The translations under genes were made by a program, and so were the position numbers. Shown in pieces: positions 24,528 to 39,391 of a stretch of DNA of 64,000 nucleotides (its first letter is position 1; each line of letters starts with the position of its first letter). The notes beneath the pieces are model-generated. The model worked only from the letters and a program-made list of their open reading frames with translations, did no database searches and was not told the DNA's origin. Source of the stretch: Eledone cirrhosa (lineage: Eukaryota); contig OZ024746.1 of the NCBI GenBank assembly GCA_964016885.1, forward strand, positions 81,716,001-81,780,000, given 5' to 3'.

Positions 24528-25210
24528 CAGAGAAAATGTAAGTTAAATGACGATATCACACACATACATGCACTCAAAAACACATGCACACCTACATAGG
24601 CACATGTTCAAAAGTATACAAAAAACAAAACAATGCACACCTATACAAACATATACCTACACACACACACACACACACATATGGAAATACACATGTAGAG
24701 ACAAACAAATACACACACACACAGAGGTACACAAGTAGACAATATAATGTCAACAAATTGACCAAAGAACAGGATTCTGTCTGTTTATTTTTCCTTTCAT
24801 GTGTGCCCCCCCCCCCCCCCCCATTACCACTTCATTGCTATTTCTATTGCTTTCACAGATAAACATGGGATTGGCTTCTCCTCAGACAGAGAAGTCATAA
24901 ATCAATTAGAAATTGAACACCTGAGCATTATACCTAGTTGTGGGTGGCAGGCCCTACATATCTCCTAACTCTACTCTTATGTTAAACCACATTATACTCT
25001 GGGGAATATGTGTGGGTTATACCCAAATATAACAGAAAAAAAAAGAACATAATACAAATAAGATAATAAAATACTAGAATACATACCCCCCCCCCACACA
25101 CATACACACACCATATATATGTATACGTACCCACACACATATATATATATATATATACACACACACATATATACACATACACACATATATATATATACAC
25201 GCACGTATAT

Positions 25211-25241
<31 letters not shown>

Positions 25242-27379
25242 CACACATACATGTGTGTGTGTGTGAATACTGGGGCTGTATGTTAAGGCATATACCATAT
25301 GTTTTGATACAATAAACTCACAAAAACAAACTAAAAAAAAGCATATAAACTTTTAGCTTAGCTTATTCTTGTCTCAGTACCCAGTAAGTAAATTTCACTT
25401 ATGATGGATAAAATTTCAGAAACACATGTGTGGCACTCTCATGGCTAATGAGATAGCTATGATATGATCACAGCTTAAAATATTCATAGATACACTCTTA
25501 TATATTTATAGTACATAAACATAATGTATATGCCTTCATATACACACCTATTATGAACCTGGCTATGTTAGTGCTACTGCTAAAATATATCACCATTTAA
25601 CATCTATTTTCCACTCTTGCATGGGTTAGATGAGTTGTCATGTCGTAAGACTAGATAAGTCAGCAGACCATGTCCTGCTCATATAGATCTGTTTTTTAGC
25701 TTGGTTTCTATGGCTGGATGCCCTTCCTAATGCCAAGCACATTAGTGTGAACAGGATGCTTTATATCATGAAACCAGAATGACTGCCTAACAGGATGGAT
25801 TATGTACTTTTTTTGTTAAGTTACCAACATGGTCACCTCACAGGGTGGACTGTGTGCTCTTTCATCATGGCACTGGTACAACCACCTAACATAATAGACT
25901 GGGTGCTTTTTTTGTTGTCACCAGCTCAACCAACTAACAGGCTGTCTGCCAGGGCTGTGGGGCAGCCAGCACTTGCTTATAACAGCGAGAGTTGGGGAGA
26001 GCATGAGAGACAGTGGCAGTGACAATACCAGCAATGCTGAAGTATTTTGTATGGTCAGGTTACAACCATTAATACTACTAGTATTACTATTACTCCAGCC
26101 TTCACAACTAACACCATCATCTTACATGCTGAAGAGGACTCATCCCACCCTTGCAAGCAAGGAAAAGCGGACGTATGATGATGATGATACACACACACAC
26201 ATAAATATATATATATACATATATAAGTACCACGAATGGTCTCTTCCTCATGAGGCAAATGCAGAAGTACCTAGATAAAAGTAAAACCCTTTACACGGCT
26301 TTTGTTGACTTGGAGAAATACTTTGACAGAGTTCCCTCGTTCCATTATCCAGTGAGCTCTTAGAAAACTAAGTGTAGATGAGTGGCTTATGAAGGCTGTA
26401 CAAGCCATATATAGAGGAAGGTTTAAATTAACAATGATTATAGTGAAGGTCTGGGGGTTCTCCTCTCTCTGGAGAGGTGCAGAGTATTCTTTGCTGATCT
26501 TCTGAACCTGACTACAACAGCATCTTCTAATGTACACAAGGTGCATCTGGGAGTAGTGACTAATTTCTCAGAGGCTGAGATCACAAGAGCTGTTAAAGAA
26601 CTTGTATGTGGCAAGGTAATTATTTTTGAAATGATTTGAAAGCCCAGGTCTCTTTCATTGGAAATATGGTAAGAGTATCCAGTGGTATATTTAGTTTACT
26701 GAAATAAAAATTGTTTTGAAAGTCAGATGGTATCAGCTGAGAATGGTTTTGCTCTTGCAATTAACTGTTCATTATTCTAATGTTAATATTTTATTGTAAA
26801 AGAGAGCTACATCTATCATTTATCTTTTCTGCCAGTGTTACTGATATTGTCCATGCCTTACTACTAAAGAACAGAACTATTTCAATTGTTTATTTCATTA
26901 ACTGAACAATTCCATATACATGCCACTATCAAAACTAATTACAATCTTTGTCTTAACTGTCAGCCATATCATATCCAAGATTTAAAAAAAAATCTGTGAC
27001 AACAGAATGTTCAGCTTCTGAGACATTAAATATGATTGTGGGGTTTAGGTCACATTACATGCAAATACATTTCATTCACACTCACACATGTATATAATAT
27101 ATACAAAAAAAAAAACATCTAGTCCACCTTGTAAGGCGGTGCCATTAAAAATGCTCCCAGAACATGATGTAAAGTGGTTAGCATTAGCAAAAGCATCCAG
27201 CTGTAGAAACTATGCCCAAAATGGAACTATCAGCAAGACATGGTCATCTGACATGTCTAACCCGCAAAACATAACAACCTGGTTAACCAAGCAAGCATGG
27301 AAAATAGCTATTAAATGGTGATTATGATGATGATTATATATATATATATATATATGGGGAGGGGTATATTTGTGTTTAT

Positions 27380-27411
<32 letters not shown>

Positions 27412-30409
27412 GCGCAGAGGTTAATGATGGTTAAAAAAGAGAAAGGCAGAGAGAAATAGGATACTTCAATATGTGATGAGGGAGAGGATGAGGGAGAGGA
27501 AGAGAAAAGAGTGAAATAAAGAACAGTAGGAAAGATAAAAGCAGAAAAATGATACAAACCCTTCACCACCACCACATCAAAATATTGAGAGAGAATATCT
27601 ATGTGTGTAATACAAGATAAGAGAGGATTTGTGTGTATCTATTCAAATAAAAAATAAAAAAAGTAATCTGGGACAGACACACTGACCTCCCTACCTACAT
27701 TCAGAGCATGTGCTGGGGTTGATGACAACCATCCTCTTACCGGGCTGTTCCCCCACACTGTTCTTTCCCTCACATGAAACTTACCTTGGTGTCATGAACT
27801 GGGTTAAAACCCTGCAGCATGACACTACACTGTCATTAGACTGAAATACCCACACAACCACCCAATAAAAACAATACAACTCTCATGATGATCATCATCA
27901 GCAACAGCATCCTCTATTCCAACACATGACCTACAAGAAATAGTGACCAAATTTCTTTCAAATTATACCATACTATCTTAAAGATTGAAGGATCCATTTG
28001 ATAGTATAGCCCAAGATATACTGTGCCTGAAAAAATTGGACAAGAGGGTTGTGGTTGGAACCCTTTTGATAATAAGTTTGTTTGTTCAGTTCCTGTGTGA
28101 GCAAGACAGGGTCACCTGACCTGGCATTGCCCACAACAGGACAACCCATCTAACCCATTCTAGCATGGAAGAATGGGCGTAAAACGGTGATGATGATGAT
28201 CAGTGTTGATCTGGGGCTAAACAACATCATCAACAAAGGAGCCACTATAAGGTCATTGCTAGAAACAACAGCCAAATTTCCTTCAAATAATATCCTATCT
28301 TAACACTTTTGATACCAAACCACAGAAAATCATTCCTGGTTTTATCATACAAAGCTGTATATTTTTAAATGTTTATATTTATCTAAAAACCTTCCATCAT
28401 AATTTCATGTAAAATGTGCTTCAAACATCAGCTTACAAAATCCCTCAAAGTCTTTGATTTTCAAAATTGTTTGAAAATCACAGCCAGTGTCTTTCAAATG
28501 ATAATGAAAGTTTAAGAAAAAGTCTAAGTATAGTCACAACTAGAGCCTCTTTGATCATAAGTTTACTTGATCATAGCTATCATGGAGCTAAACAACAACT
28601 ATGATGTGTTATACATGTATGTGTATGTAGTCATGAATGGTATCAGCACAAACCAGTTTTTAGAATAGATACACTGTATTCCTGCATGTTTGATTGTCCC
28701 TGTAAATCAAAGGGCCAGTCTTATCACACAATGTCATGCTGAATCCACCTGAGAACTATGTTTAGGGTACATGTGTACATGGAATGCTCAGCCACTTACA
28801 TGGTATGTTCATTTTTAGAACCAACAGAGGTCCATCAACAATCCAGTGTGTAGTACTTTTCTTCTAATGACAATTGTGTTTAATGAGGGATTCAGTTACT
28901 ATTTCCAGCAAGTCAAGTTACTATAAAAAAAATGCACTCCTTCATTAGTTTGTCAGATGTCATAGGTTTTAGGTGAGCGTTGCTGTTGTTCAGTTTTCAA
29001 CTATTACTCAGCCCTGTTTAATCAGACTATTAGCCATTGAATAATACCTAGTAGATAAGCAGCCAGAACCCTTAACTTCTTACACTCTAAAGGAGCCTCA
29101 GGCCACATCCAGGTCATGATTCCTGGGTGCCCTTCTGCTGACATTTAGCCATTCAGATATCAGGGACATGTATTTAAACCGTATGGAAAACTGAGTAGAC
29201 AGAACTATTTGGAAGCCTGTTTGATGGACTGAACCTCTTATTCAAAAGGTCAGCCTTATGATATACACTATGTCATGCTGAATCTCTCTGATAATTACAT
29301 TAAGGGTGTACATGCCTGGAGAATGTTCAGCCACTTACACATTAATTTCATAAGCAAGCTGTCTCATTGATTGAATAACTGGAACACTCTTCATGGAATC
29401 TGATGTAGTTCATTCCATCTTCATAGATAAGCAGCTATACATCTCTCATTCTGTCTATGACAATCACTACAAGATGCCCAACATGTATGTCTGGATTCAG
29501 TTTCAGATTTAAGATCATCTGACCTTTATTGTGTGTATATATGTGCTAGGAAGCTCAATCCTTAATGTTGGAAACACTGTTTGTATTACACAGAACATAC
29601 AAAAAATCCATTAAAGTTATTACAAATGATAATATTTACACAGAGCAACCTCATAAATAAAATTATTAAAGTCTAGGTTTCTGCATCAATCCCAGAAAAT
29701 ACTTCAGCTTTCACCAGTTACTGGCTCTCACTAAAGTAAACAAGTACAATCCACATTTGAGTATTAACATGTTTTGGATGGGGCTATTGCTATGCATACT
29801 AACAGCCTATATGTATCCTCAAATTTCCAAAGGCCATCTAGCTAATTGTGAAAACCTCACTCATCATAATACTACATGTGATTTCATGATTTTATTTCTG
29901 CCTCCTTCTTCTAACACTGCACCTTTGAATTTGCTAGCTACATACTACTTTCACTTAAATCCAGCAAACATGCAGGTTTCTTTTCTCCTTTTCACTATCT
30001 CCTCATTCTCTAAGCATTTTTCTCAATCCTTCTTCACACAACTGCACCTTTCTAGAATTTTCTTCCAACTTAGAAAATTAAACTGAACTTCAGCTACATC
30101 AACTTGCCCAGCCTGGAAAGGACTGCAAATGTCATAGGTGCAGCTTCACTTCCTCTGACTAATTAAAAATAGTCAAGGTTGTCTGATTAATCCCAAGTCA
30201 TCCTTGATAAAGCAGACCTATGATTAAAGGTGTTCTATCCTACCTTTTCAGACATAGGTTATATCAGACTACATTATACAACATGGCCTTATTTTATTTC
30301 ATTTTATTTTTTGAAAGCCAGTAAAGTTTGATTTGAAAGAGACTCATGAGTTATTTTAACAGATCAAGCAACCATTAAAATAAAACTGTGAATATATGAA
30401 TAAAAGAGA

Positions 30410-30950
<541 letters not shown>

Positions 30951-31293
30951 AGAATAAAAAAAAGAGGGGCGTACAAGACAAAATGAATGGAAAAAACAGT
31001 CAGTTCTTTCTATTCAATCAATTTCTGGAAATCCTTATAGTTTTGATGCATTAAAGTTGAGAGTTTTCATGCCAGTGAATATGGAAGAGTAACAAAACAA
31101 AACAGGGAGACATAAGACAAATTGTGTCTTTTGATGATTAAAAAAAATAATAATAATACAAACTAACCTGCTTCAACTGAAAAGGAAATTATAAAAACAA
31201 GGTGTGCAATAGCTTAGCCAATAAAAAAAAATAGAAATAAAAAGTTTGGACCGTAGTACTATGAAGAGGACACAGAATGAGTGGCAACTCTAC

Positions 31294-31526
31294 CTTTTCA
31301 GGCAACGGTTTATCTGGAAAACGTCTAGCACACACAATAAAGCAGTCTGGGGCTGGTTTACTCTGCTTCACCTCAGGATCATCACTAGCAAGGACAATAT
31401 GATGGAACATATCTATTAACCACTGATATTTCTCAGTCTTCCACTTAAATCTCTGAAAATTACTTCCAGATGCAATGGCGATTGGAATATTGTGTTTGTG
31501 TAGATGCTGTACCAGCTTCTTCACTC
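31294..31526 (-). CDS. PUDP: PUDP/HDHD1-like internal coding exon (HAD motifs II and III)
   Basis: tttcag|GA GTG AAG ... GAA AAG|gtagag, giving (G)VKKLVQHLHKHNIPIAIASGS...MFHHIVLASDDPEVKQSKPAPDCFIVCARRFPDKPLPEK. DDPEV..KP.PD.F...A.RF is characteristic of HDHD1/GS1. 233 nt, phase 1-0. Confidence 0.93.
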
Positions 31527-32124
31527 CTGAAATACACACAAAAAATATACACATAATATTAGGCAACTATAAGGGCAATATAAAAACAAACACACACAAA
31601 AAAAACACAGTTATCTTTATAAAGATCAGAGTCTTACTGCTACAGAAATAGCCATAAATGGGAAATATGCCAAAAGAAATTTTGTTTAATGTAAAGTCAT
31701 TAATTCTATGACTAGACTACCCTGAGTATCCTAGTTTGTGGAATAGATACACACTGTCCTTACATGTTGTAAGAAGCATCTAAAAGGGTTTGTGTCAGGA
31801 AGAGCAACCAGCCATAAAATACTACCTTAAAAAGACCTGCCCAATCCACGCCAGCATGGAAAACCAGATGTTAAAATGGTGACGACGATGATGGTTATGA
31901 TGATGGTTATGATGATGATAGCTACCAAAGAAACTAGAATTGCGACAATCCAAAATAAAGATTTAAAAAAACAAAAAAAAAAAAAAAATTTTAAATAGAG
32001 AAACCAGTATATTCTGAAAAACTTATGCATAACTAGGTATCTGGATATCTTATTTTAACAATCTGCATACTAATGTGTAATGAGTGAGAAATAGTCGATC
32101 TAGGCATGGCTGAAATGCCTTTAA

Positions 32125-32333
32125 ACCTTTGGTATTTATATTGTATTTACTACTATATTTTCCCGGTAAAGGCTTTATCTCACAAAATATCGAATCTATC
32201 AAATTTTGATGATGATGATATTTATTTTGAGAACAATGCCCTAACATTAGAATCAGGAGCCAGTCACCGCCGGTTTAAAGAGAAAGAGTTGAGAGAATTC
32301 TGGCCGGATACAGCTGGTTTAAATGCTAAAGGG
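32125..32333 (-). mobile_element. piggyBac-like MITE
   Basis: Reverse-orientation copy with TTAA flanks and TIR taaatgctaaaggg. Confidence 0.75.
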
Positions 32334-32410
32334 TTAATCATAGGCCTGTTGTGCAAGAAAGTGAGTGATAAATATATCTATATATTTATATATCTATATA
32401 TACACACACT

Positions 32411-32472
<62 letters not shown>

Positions 32473-32543
32473 CATACATACATACATACACACATATATA
32501 TATATATATACACACACACATACATATATATATTTATATGTAT

Positions 32544-32584
<41 letters not shown>

Positions 32585-32591
<7 letters not shown>

Positions 32592-32937
32592 AAAAAGGGA
32601 TGAAATCGAAAATGCAACTGAAGTCTTATTTAAAAAAAAAATATATATATTTATTTGGTTCCTTTACCGGTTTCGCAGTTCTTCTGCTTTTCAAAAGGTG
32701 AGTTGAGATGGAGGGTCTGTGGTTTTTCTCACATGTGAGAAAAACCACAGACCCTCCATCTCAACTCACCTTTTGAAAAGCAGAAGAACTGCGAAACCGG
32801 TAAAGGAACCAAATAAATATATATATTTTTAAAAAAAATAAGACTTCAGTTGCATTTTCGATTTCATCCCTTTTTCTTTATACTTCCACTCGTGTAGGAC
32901 ACCTCGGTTATTTTTCATTTTGTAAAAAAAACCTCAC

Positions 32938-32944
<7 letters not shown>
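32585..32944 (+). mobile_element. PLE-type insert: about 298-bp loopless palindrome with HHR plus about 62-nt tail, in (TA)n
   Basis: Symmetry centre acatgt at 32731-32736, arms extend to 32585 and 32882, tail 32883-32944. Confidence 0.85.
32769..32806 (+). ncRNA. Minimal type I hammerhead with U3:A8 core variant
   Basis: cctt-TTGAAAA-gcag-aagaa-ctgc-GAAAC-cg-GTA-aagg. Mirrored on the minus strand in the left arm. Confidence 0.75.
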
Positions 32945-32969
<25 letters not shown>

Positions 32970-33002
32970 CCCATGTGCAACCACACAGTATTCTTTCTTC
33001 TC

Positions 33003-33039
<37 letters not shown>

Positions 33040-33040
33040 T

Positions 33041-33377
33041 TCCATCATCATCATTTCATTTTACGTTCGCTTTTTCCCTGCTTGCAAGGGTGGGACAGGA
33101 ACTGATTCTGGCTTGATTTCTACAGCTGGATGCCCTTCCTAACACCAACCTCATTTACAGTGAGTACTGGGTGCTTTTTTGGCGTGGCACCTCCACAACC
33201 ACTTTGCAGTGGAATGATAGGGACCTCAGTCCCTAGCATCTCATTTCTACAGCTGAGTAAACTGGAGCAATGTGAAATAAAGTGTCTTGCTCAAGGAAAC
33301 AACACATCACCCGGTCTTAGAATTGAACTCACAACCTTTTGATTGCAAGGCTCTAACCACTAAGCCATGTGCCTCCA
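33041..33377 (-). mobile_element. tRNA-headed SINE family A
   Basis: Near-identical to 14666-15008. Confidence 0.85.
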
Positions 33378-33413
33378 CTATATATATACACACACATACA
33401 CCCATACCCACCC

Positions 33414-33472
<59 letters not shown>

Positions 33473-34604
33473 CACACTCACACACACATGCATGTGCATG
33501 AGTACACACTAACAGCAGTCTCGGGGGTAACTGATATGTAATGGAGTAATTAAGTTAATTTATATTACAACCTTAGTGGCAAAGGATGATGCTGAAATCA
33601 TCTACAAGAACCCTCAATTTCCTAGGAATAGTTTAAGAAACACACAATGTTTCTTGATCATTTACAATAAGTCAGCAGTTCTGATGAAGGATATTTCCTC
33701 TGTGATGTTGAAATAATTTTCAAATAATTTTAACATCACATACTGTATTGATGTGCTGGAGAAGTGTGAGATAATGTGTGAGATAATTAGGACCAGAAAT
33801 ATGAGAACTAACTCAGTTGTTAAGTACAAATTTTGTGCACTATGTTGAAGGATGTATAACTCCAGTGTTCTCACATCTAGAAGCATGACCTGTTGAGTAC
33901 CAATGGAAATGTTAGCATTGCTTTGACAGCTAATGTGATGTTGAAACTTTTTGTTCCCAGCAATTGCATAATGAGTCATTGTTTAAAACTTCTTACTAAC
34001 TTCATCAAAAGGTTGAGGGGAACCAGCTAAATATATATTTAAAAAAAACAAAAAACTGTGGAAAATCCCCAAGTAGAAAGTTTTAAAAATGTAAGTATAA
34101 ATACGAATCACACAAATCATGTTCTTATAAATTATTCAATAAGTATTTAGAAAACAAAATATTTACTTGCAGTTTTTATATAACACAAAATAAACCTGTT
34201 GAAACCAACAAAAAATAGCCCCAAGATTATTGCCATAATTTGAAATATTATGAGACAATAATACAGAAACCAATCCAATTTAAAGACATGATGCAATATA
34301 ATAGGCCTTTCAAGAATTCAGTTAAAATGATGTCAATTTCCAAATATTAAGAAATTTGATATAAAAAGTTTTCCAATACATTATTCAATTCATTTAATAC
34401 ATCAGTAATTTTCATGTGGAGACCCAGAATTAGGGACTGCACATGTAGCAGTGGGTTACAATTCAAAGGGCTAACAATACTGCTGTGAAATTTTGATAGT
34501 TTAAAGAGAAAATAGTCATTTTTGTAATGATAAAATATAATCAGCAACTAACTACTTCTTGAGAAAAGCTTGTAAATATTAGCATGATTCTCTTCAAAGT
34601 AATA

Positions 34605-34682
34605 CAGGGTGTCCCAAAAAATGTATACACACATCAACAGTATTCTAATAAATATGTGTATATATCTATTGGGGATGCCCTG
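34605..34682. mobile_element. Tiny Tc1/mariner-like MITE
   Basis: TA-cagggtgtcccaaaaa...ttggggatgccctg-TA. Confidence 0.55.
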
Positions 34683-34689
34683 TATATTT

Positions 34690-36046
34690 ATTATTGCCCT
34701 TCAGGTTATAACAGTGGAGTGCAAGACCAGCTACCCATGGGAACTCCTATTCGCAGATGATCTAACGCTCATAGCTGAATCAATGGCTGAACTAGAGAAG
34801 AAATTCCAAACATGGAAGCATGGCCTAGAATCAAAAGGCCTTAAAATTAACATTTCTAAGACTAAAGTTCTAGTTTGTAGGAAGGAAAATAGGGCACCGG
34901 TCCCATCCGGGAAATGGCCATGCTCAGTGTGTAGGAAAGGAGTAGGTAGAAACTCCATTTTTTGTCCCAAATGCAAAGTATGGGTGCATAAAAGATGTAG
35001 TGGGATCACAGGTAAGCTAACTAAGAACATAGGTTTTATATGTGGCCGGTGCTCTGGTGCAATAAGTAGCAGCAAGTGCCCACAGAATACTAGCTCATTC
35101 CATTGCACAGATAGTTCTATAGAAATAGTGGACAGCTTCCGTTACCTGGGTGACAAAATCAGCAGTGGGGGAGGGTGCTCTGAAAGTACAGTAGCTAGAG
35201 TCAGAACTGGATGGAAAAAGTTCAGAGAGCTTATACCACTATTAGCCGCTAAAGGGTTCTCCCTAAAAATGAAAGGCACGCTGTATGATGCCTGCATACG
35301 AACAGCAATGTTACATGGCAGTGAGACCTAGGCATTGTGTGCAGAGGATATACGCAGACTGGAGAGGAACGAAGCTTGCATGCTCCGCTGGATGTGTAAT
35401 AGTAATATACGTGAACGGCAAAGCATAAATGAACTAAGGGAAAAATTAGAAATAAGAGGGATCAGATGTTGTTTACTCGAGAGAAGACTACGTTGGTATG
35501 GTCACGTGATGCGCATGAAAGACGACAGCGTATAAAAAAGTGCAGGGCAATAAAAATAGACGGTAGCCACGGAGTAGGCAGACCCAGAAAAACCTGGCAC
35601 GACTTGATAAATTCCGACCTCACACACTTACACCTCTCCAAGACAATGTCACTGGACCGAGATCTTTGGCGCTAAACAGTAATAGAGAAGACCCGCCTTA
35701 CCTAAGTACAAAGTGAAACCTACTACAGTCAGTAGGCACCTCTAACAAAATACACACCCGTCCCACTACCCCCACCCCATCAACACCACCCCTTTCAATG
35801 TAAAGTTATGTTGGTACCACAACATCCAGCCCGAAACAATTGAGGTCGTGTAGGTATCACGACAAAAAAACCTCCCAGTTCCACACTGTAAATGTGGTTG
35901 GTGTTAGGAAGGGCATCCAGCCGTAGAAAACCCGCCAGACAGTCCTATGCGAGCAAGACAACCACTCTTGCCTCAAGTGGGAAAACTCTGGTCCAAACCC
36001 ATGCAAGCGTGAAATATGGACGTTAAACGATGATGATGATGATGAT
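34690..36046 (+). mobile_element. RTE LINE family A, 5'-truncated (RT domains 5-7, Cys-rich insert, C-terminus, 3' UTR, (GAT)n tail)
   Basis: PWELLFADDL...GLKINISKTKVL...FRYLGD...MLHGSET...RRLRWYGHVMRM...GRPRKTW, with stops and frameshifts. Confidence 0.93.
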
Positions 36047-37622
36047 GTGCCTGGATAGACATCAATACATTAATTGCTAAATTGGAAACATTAAAGCATA
36101 TGAAGCTAAGTGGTTGCCTTTTGTATAAGCTGTTGTATATACTTCATTAAATAATTACATAAACTAATTTTCTTGTTCATATAATTAAACACATTTCTTG
36201 TGTACTTTTATTTTTTATTTTTTTAACCCTGCAATCATTATTTTAATATACTTTATATTACTACATTAGGTTTTAAAAACATGCAGAGCCTTTGCAAACT
36301 GTGTTTATGTATGAATTATGGGTAAAGGGAGAATACAGGTAGTTATTAATATTAATGCTAGAGTAGAGAACCTGTTCATAGATTCCAAACAATGTTATAA
36401 ATACTTATGTCAACCCTATAGTTAATAATATTCTGATCACAGTAGGAAATCTGTAAGAATAGTTTAAAATTAAGGGGGGATTTGTAATAATTATTTTTAT
36501 AAGACTGAAAAATAGAGAAATTAATTGATGTGATATACAAAATAATATCAATGCTAGCTAGGGAAATCAAATTCACATTGATATGTAGTGTATAAAAAAA
36601 AAGTTGATATAATAAAATGTAAGGTAATTCATAGAAGTTCAGATCTTAGAAAATAGAACAAAATAACAGATAGTGTGGGTTGGAGATAAGATGTTCTGTA
36701 TAAACTTTTCTAACTTCAATGACTGATGATTACGCTTCTTGAAGAAAAAACTTCATGTTACAGCTACATTTTTTCATATCTTAGTAAATGTTATTATTAG
36801 CATAGTCATCATACTGCCAAAGACTGGGTAGGAAGATCCGTTTGTGCCCATATTCATTGAAACAACATCTGTTATTTTTCAATGCAGGTTTTTCTTTAAC
36901 TGAAGTTAGACCATGTGGAGTAAAATCAGAGTGTATGTCTTTTTTTTTTTTTATCTTTCTTCTTCTGAAATATGTCTTACATAGTCATAATGCCACAGAA
37001 TTTGGGGAAGGGACATAATGATTTTATTGATCTCAGAAGGATGAATGACCCTGATTATATTTCAACAAACTTGCAAGGTATTTAGTCTACTGCTTTATCC
37101 AATCCAGTCAGCAATATTTAAAAGCCTTATGGAATGAGATATGTAAACTGTCTGAATGAAACACTAGAGACTAGTAGTACTCCAAGTAGTTTTTTGGCAC
37201 AATCTGAAGCATCCTTCCAACCCCTTGTTTGGCAAGCTTTTTGCAGCTTAATACCCTTCCTAACACCAACCACTTTACAGTATGTACTGGGTGCTTTTAT
37301 TGTGTAGATCACCAACACTAGGGAGGCTATCATGTGCTTGACACAACTTAATGGTCCTTATAGTGTTTTGTATAAACTTTCAGTTGACTTCCATGTTATA
37401 TAAAAGTGTACAATGTCTTCACAAACAGAGATCTTAAAACATCCTTCAATGAAAATTTTACATAACAATCTAATTTATTTCAAAACACAAAGTCATACTG
37501 ATATTTAAGAAACAATGCTGTATCTCACCCTCTTTAGTTTTCAACAACACACAATTAAAATCCTTAATATTGCTACTGATTTTTTATGGATATATTTTTG
37601 ATGGATATATATATATATATAT

Positions 37623-37703
<81 letters not shown>

Positions 37704-38408
37704 AATCACTTGTGATGTCAGCAATTGCTATATGCCATTTGACTAAACAAGGAACTGTCTCTAGTTCAACAGTACCTAACAAAATAATTAGTCACTGACA
37801 CATTCAGATATCTCATGGGATAACTTGCACATATTTTTATTTTGTAGTATATTTGAGGTTTAAACTTCTCATATAGACAAAAGGTGATAGTATTAACTAA
37901 CTGTTGAGTTATTGTGCATTATCAGTGGTTAAATATTAAATGAATATTGTATTCTGTATGTTCATGTGCATCTATCTACTATATAGTTCCTGGTATATAT
38001 TTAAGCATCCCAATTTATATTTCTTTAGTAGGTCAGTATGAAGGTTATTTTCATTAACTTTCTCAGATAGTTATTATTTGTCAGTGATATATAAAGTGAC
38101 CACTTTCTTCTTTTGTCTATTCCTGATACATTTATATACAAACCACCTAGGTCGTTAAAAAATTGCTTTTATATTAGTTTAACTAAATGAGGAGCTGTCT
38201 TTCGGTCAACCACAGCTGACAAAGTTAATATTCTATATTTTCTTTTTGTGGTATATTTGGGATCTAATCTTGCTTGTTTAATTCAGACAGACATAACATA
38301 GCACCAGTTACTTGTTATGTTATTCAGCACTCTCATTAGTGATTAAATATCTCATGAACAATGATTGTATTCTCTATCTTCATGTGCATCTATCAACTGT
38401 GTGAGGGA

Positions 38409-38529
<121 letters not shown>

Positions 38530-38582
38530 AGAGAGGAGAGAGGGGGGGGGGGGGGAGAGAGAGACTGAGTGAGAGAGAGATA

Positions 38583-38782
38583 NNNNNNNNNNNNNNNNNN
38601 NNNNNNNNNNNNNNNNNNNNNNNNNNNNNNNNNNNNNNNNNNNNNNNNNNNNNNNNNNNNNNNNNNNNNNNNNNNNNNNNNNNNNNNNNNNNNNNNNNNN
38701 NNNNNNNNNNNNNNNNNNNNNNNNNNNNNNNNNNNNNNNNNNNNNNNNNNNNNNNNNNNNNNNNNNNNNNNNNNNNNNNNNN
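38583..38782. other. Assembly gap (200 N)
   Basis: Run of N next to a (GA)n/G-rich tract. Confidence 1.
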
Positions 38783-39391
38783 CAGGCCACTGACCTACTA
38801 AGTACAATTATACACCCCACTCTCAGTGATTTATTTTTATAAATATATTATCTTCCTCCCTTTCCATGGTCATCACCTCCCACTCTTTCTCTCTCCCTCT
38901 TTCTCCTCTTAACTTACATATTCTTAATACTACCTGAAACACATGATATGGCTGTGTAGCTAAAGAAGTTTGGTTCACAACAATTTGGTTTCCGGTTCAA
39001 TCCCACAGCAGATCTTTGTCAAGTCTTTTCCACTTTAGTAGAACTTTGTGAATGAAATTTAGTAGACGGAAACAATGTGGAAGCTTGTCAGATGAGCCGT
39101 TCATGGGTTGTAGACGTAATCTGTTGCCCTGTTTAACACCCCAAATCAATTACTGAATACCTGTAGGAGAATTAATTAGTTATAAAGATTCAAGGTATAC
39201 AGGCTTTATTGCTGCATATATCGTGATCTTTTTTTTTGTTTTGTAGATTTGTTCATATAAAAGAAATCCTTATTAAATATTTGGAAGGACAGAATTAGTA
39301 TTGTATTAATCTCTCTCTCTTTATATATATATATGTGGAAGGACAGAATTAGTATTGTATTAATCTCTCTCTCTTTATATATATATATATA

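Noticed and set aside
27785-27840. Minus-strand 56-nt segment with tttcag and gtaagt splice-like ends
   Set aside because: No similarity to the expected PUDP last exon, weak pyrimidine tract and frame-shifting length. Cannot be supported without RNA data.
33681-33720. CTGATGA-agga..tcct...GAAA
   Set aside because: GAAA does not abut stem II, and there is no stem I or NUH arrangement.
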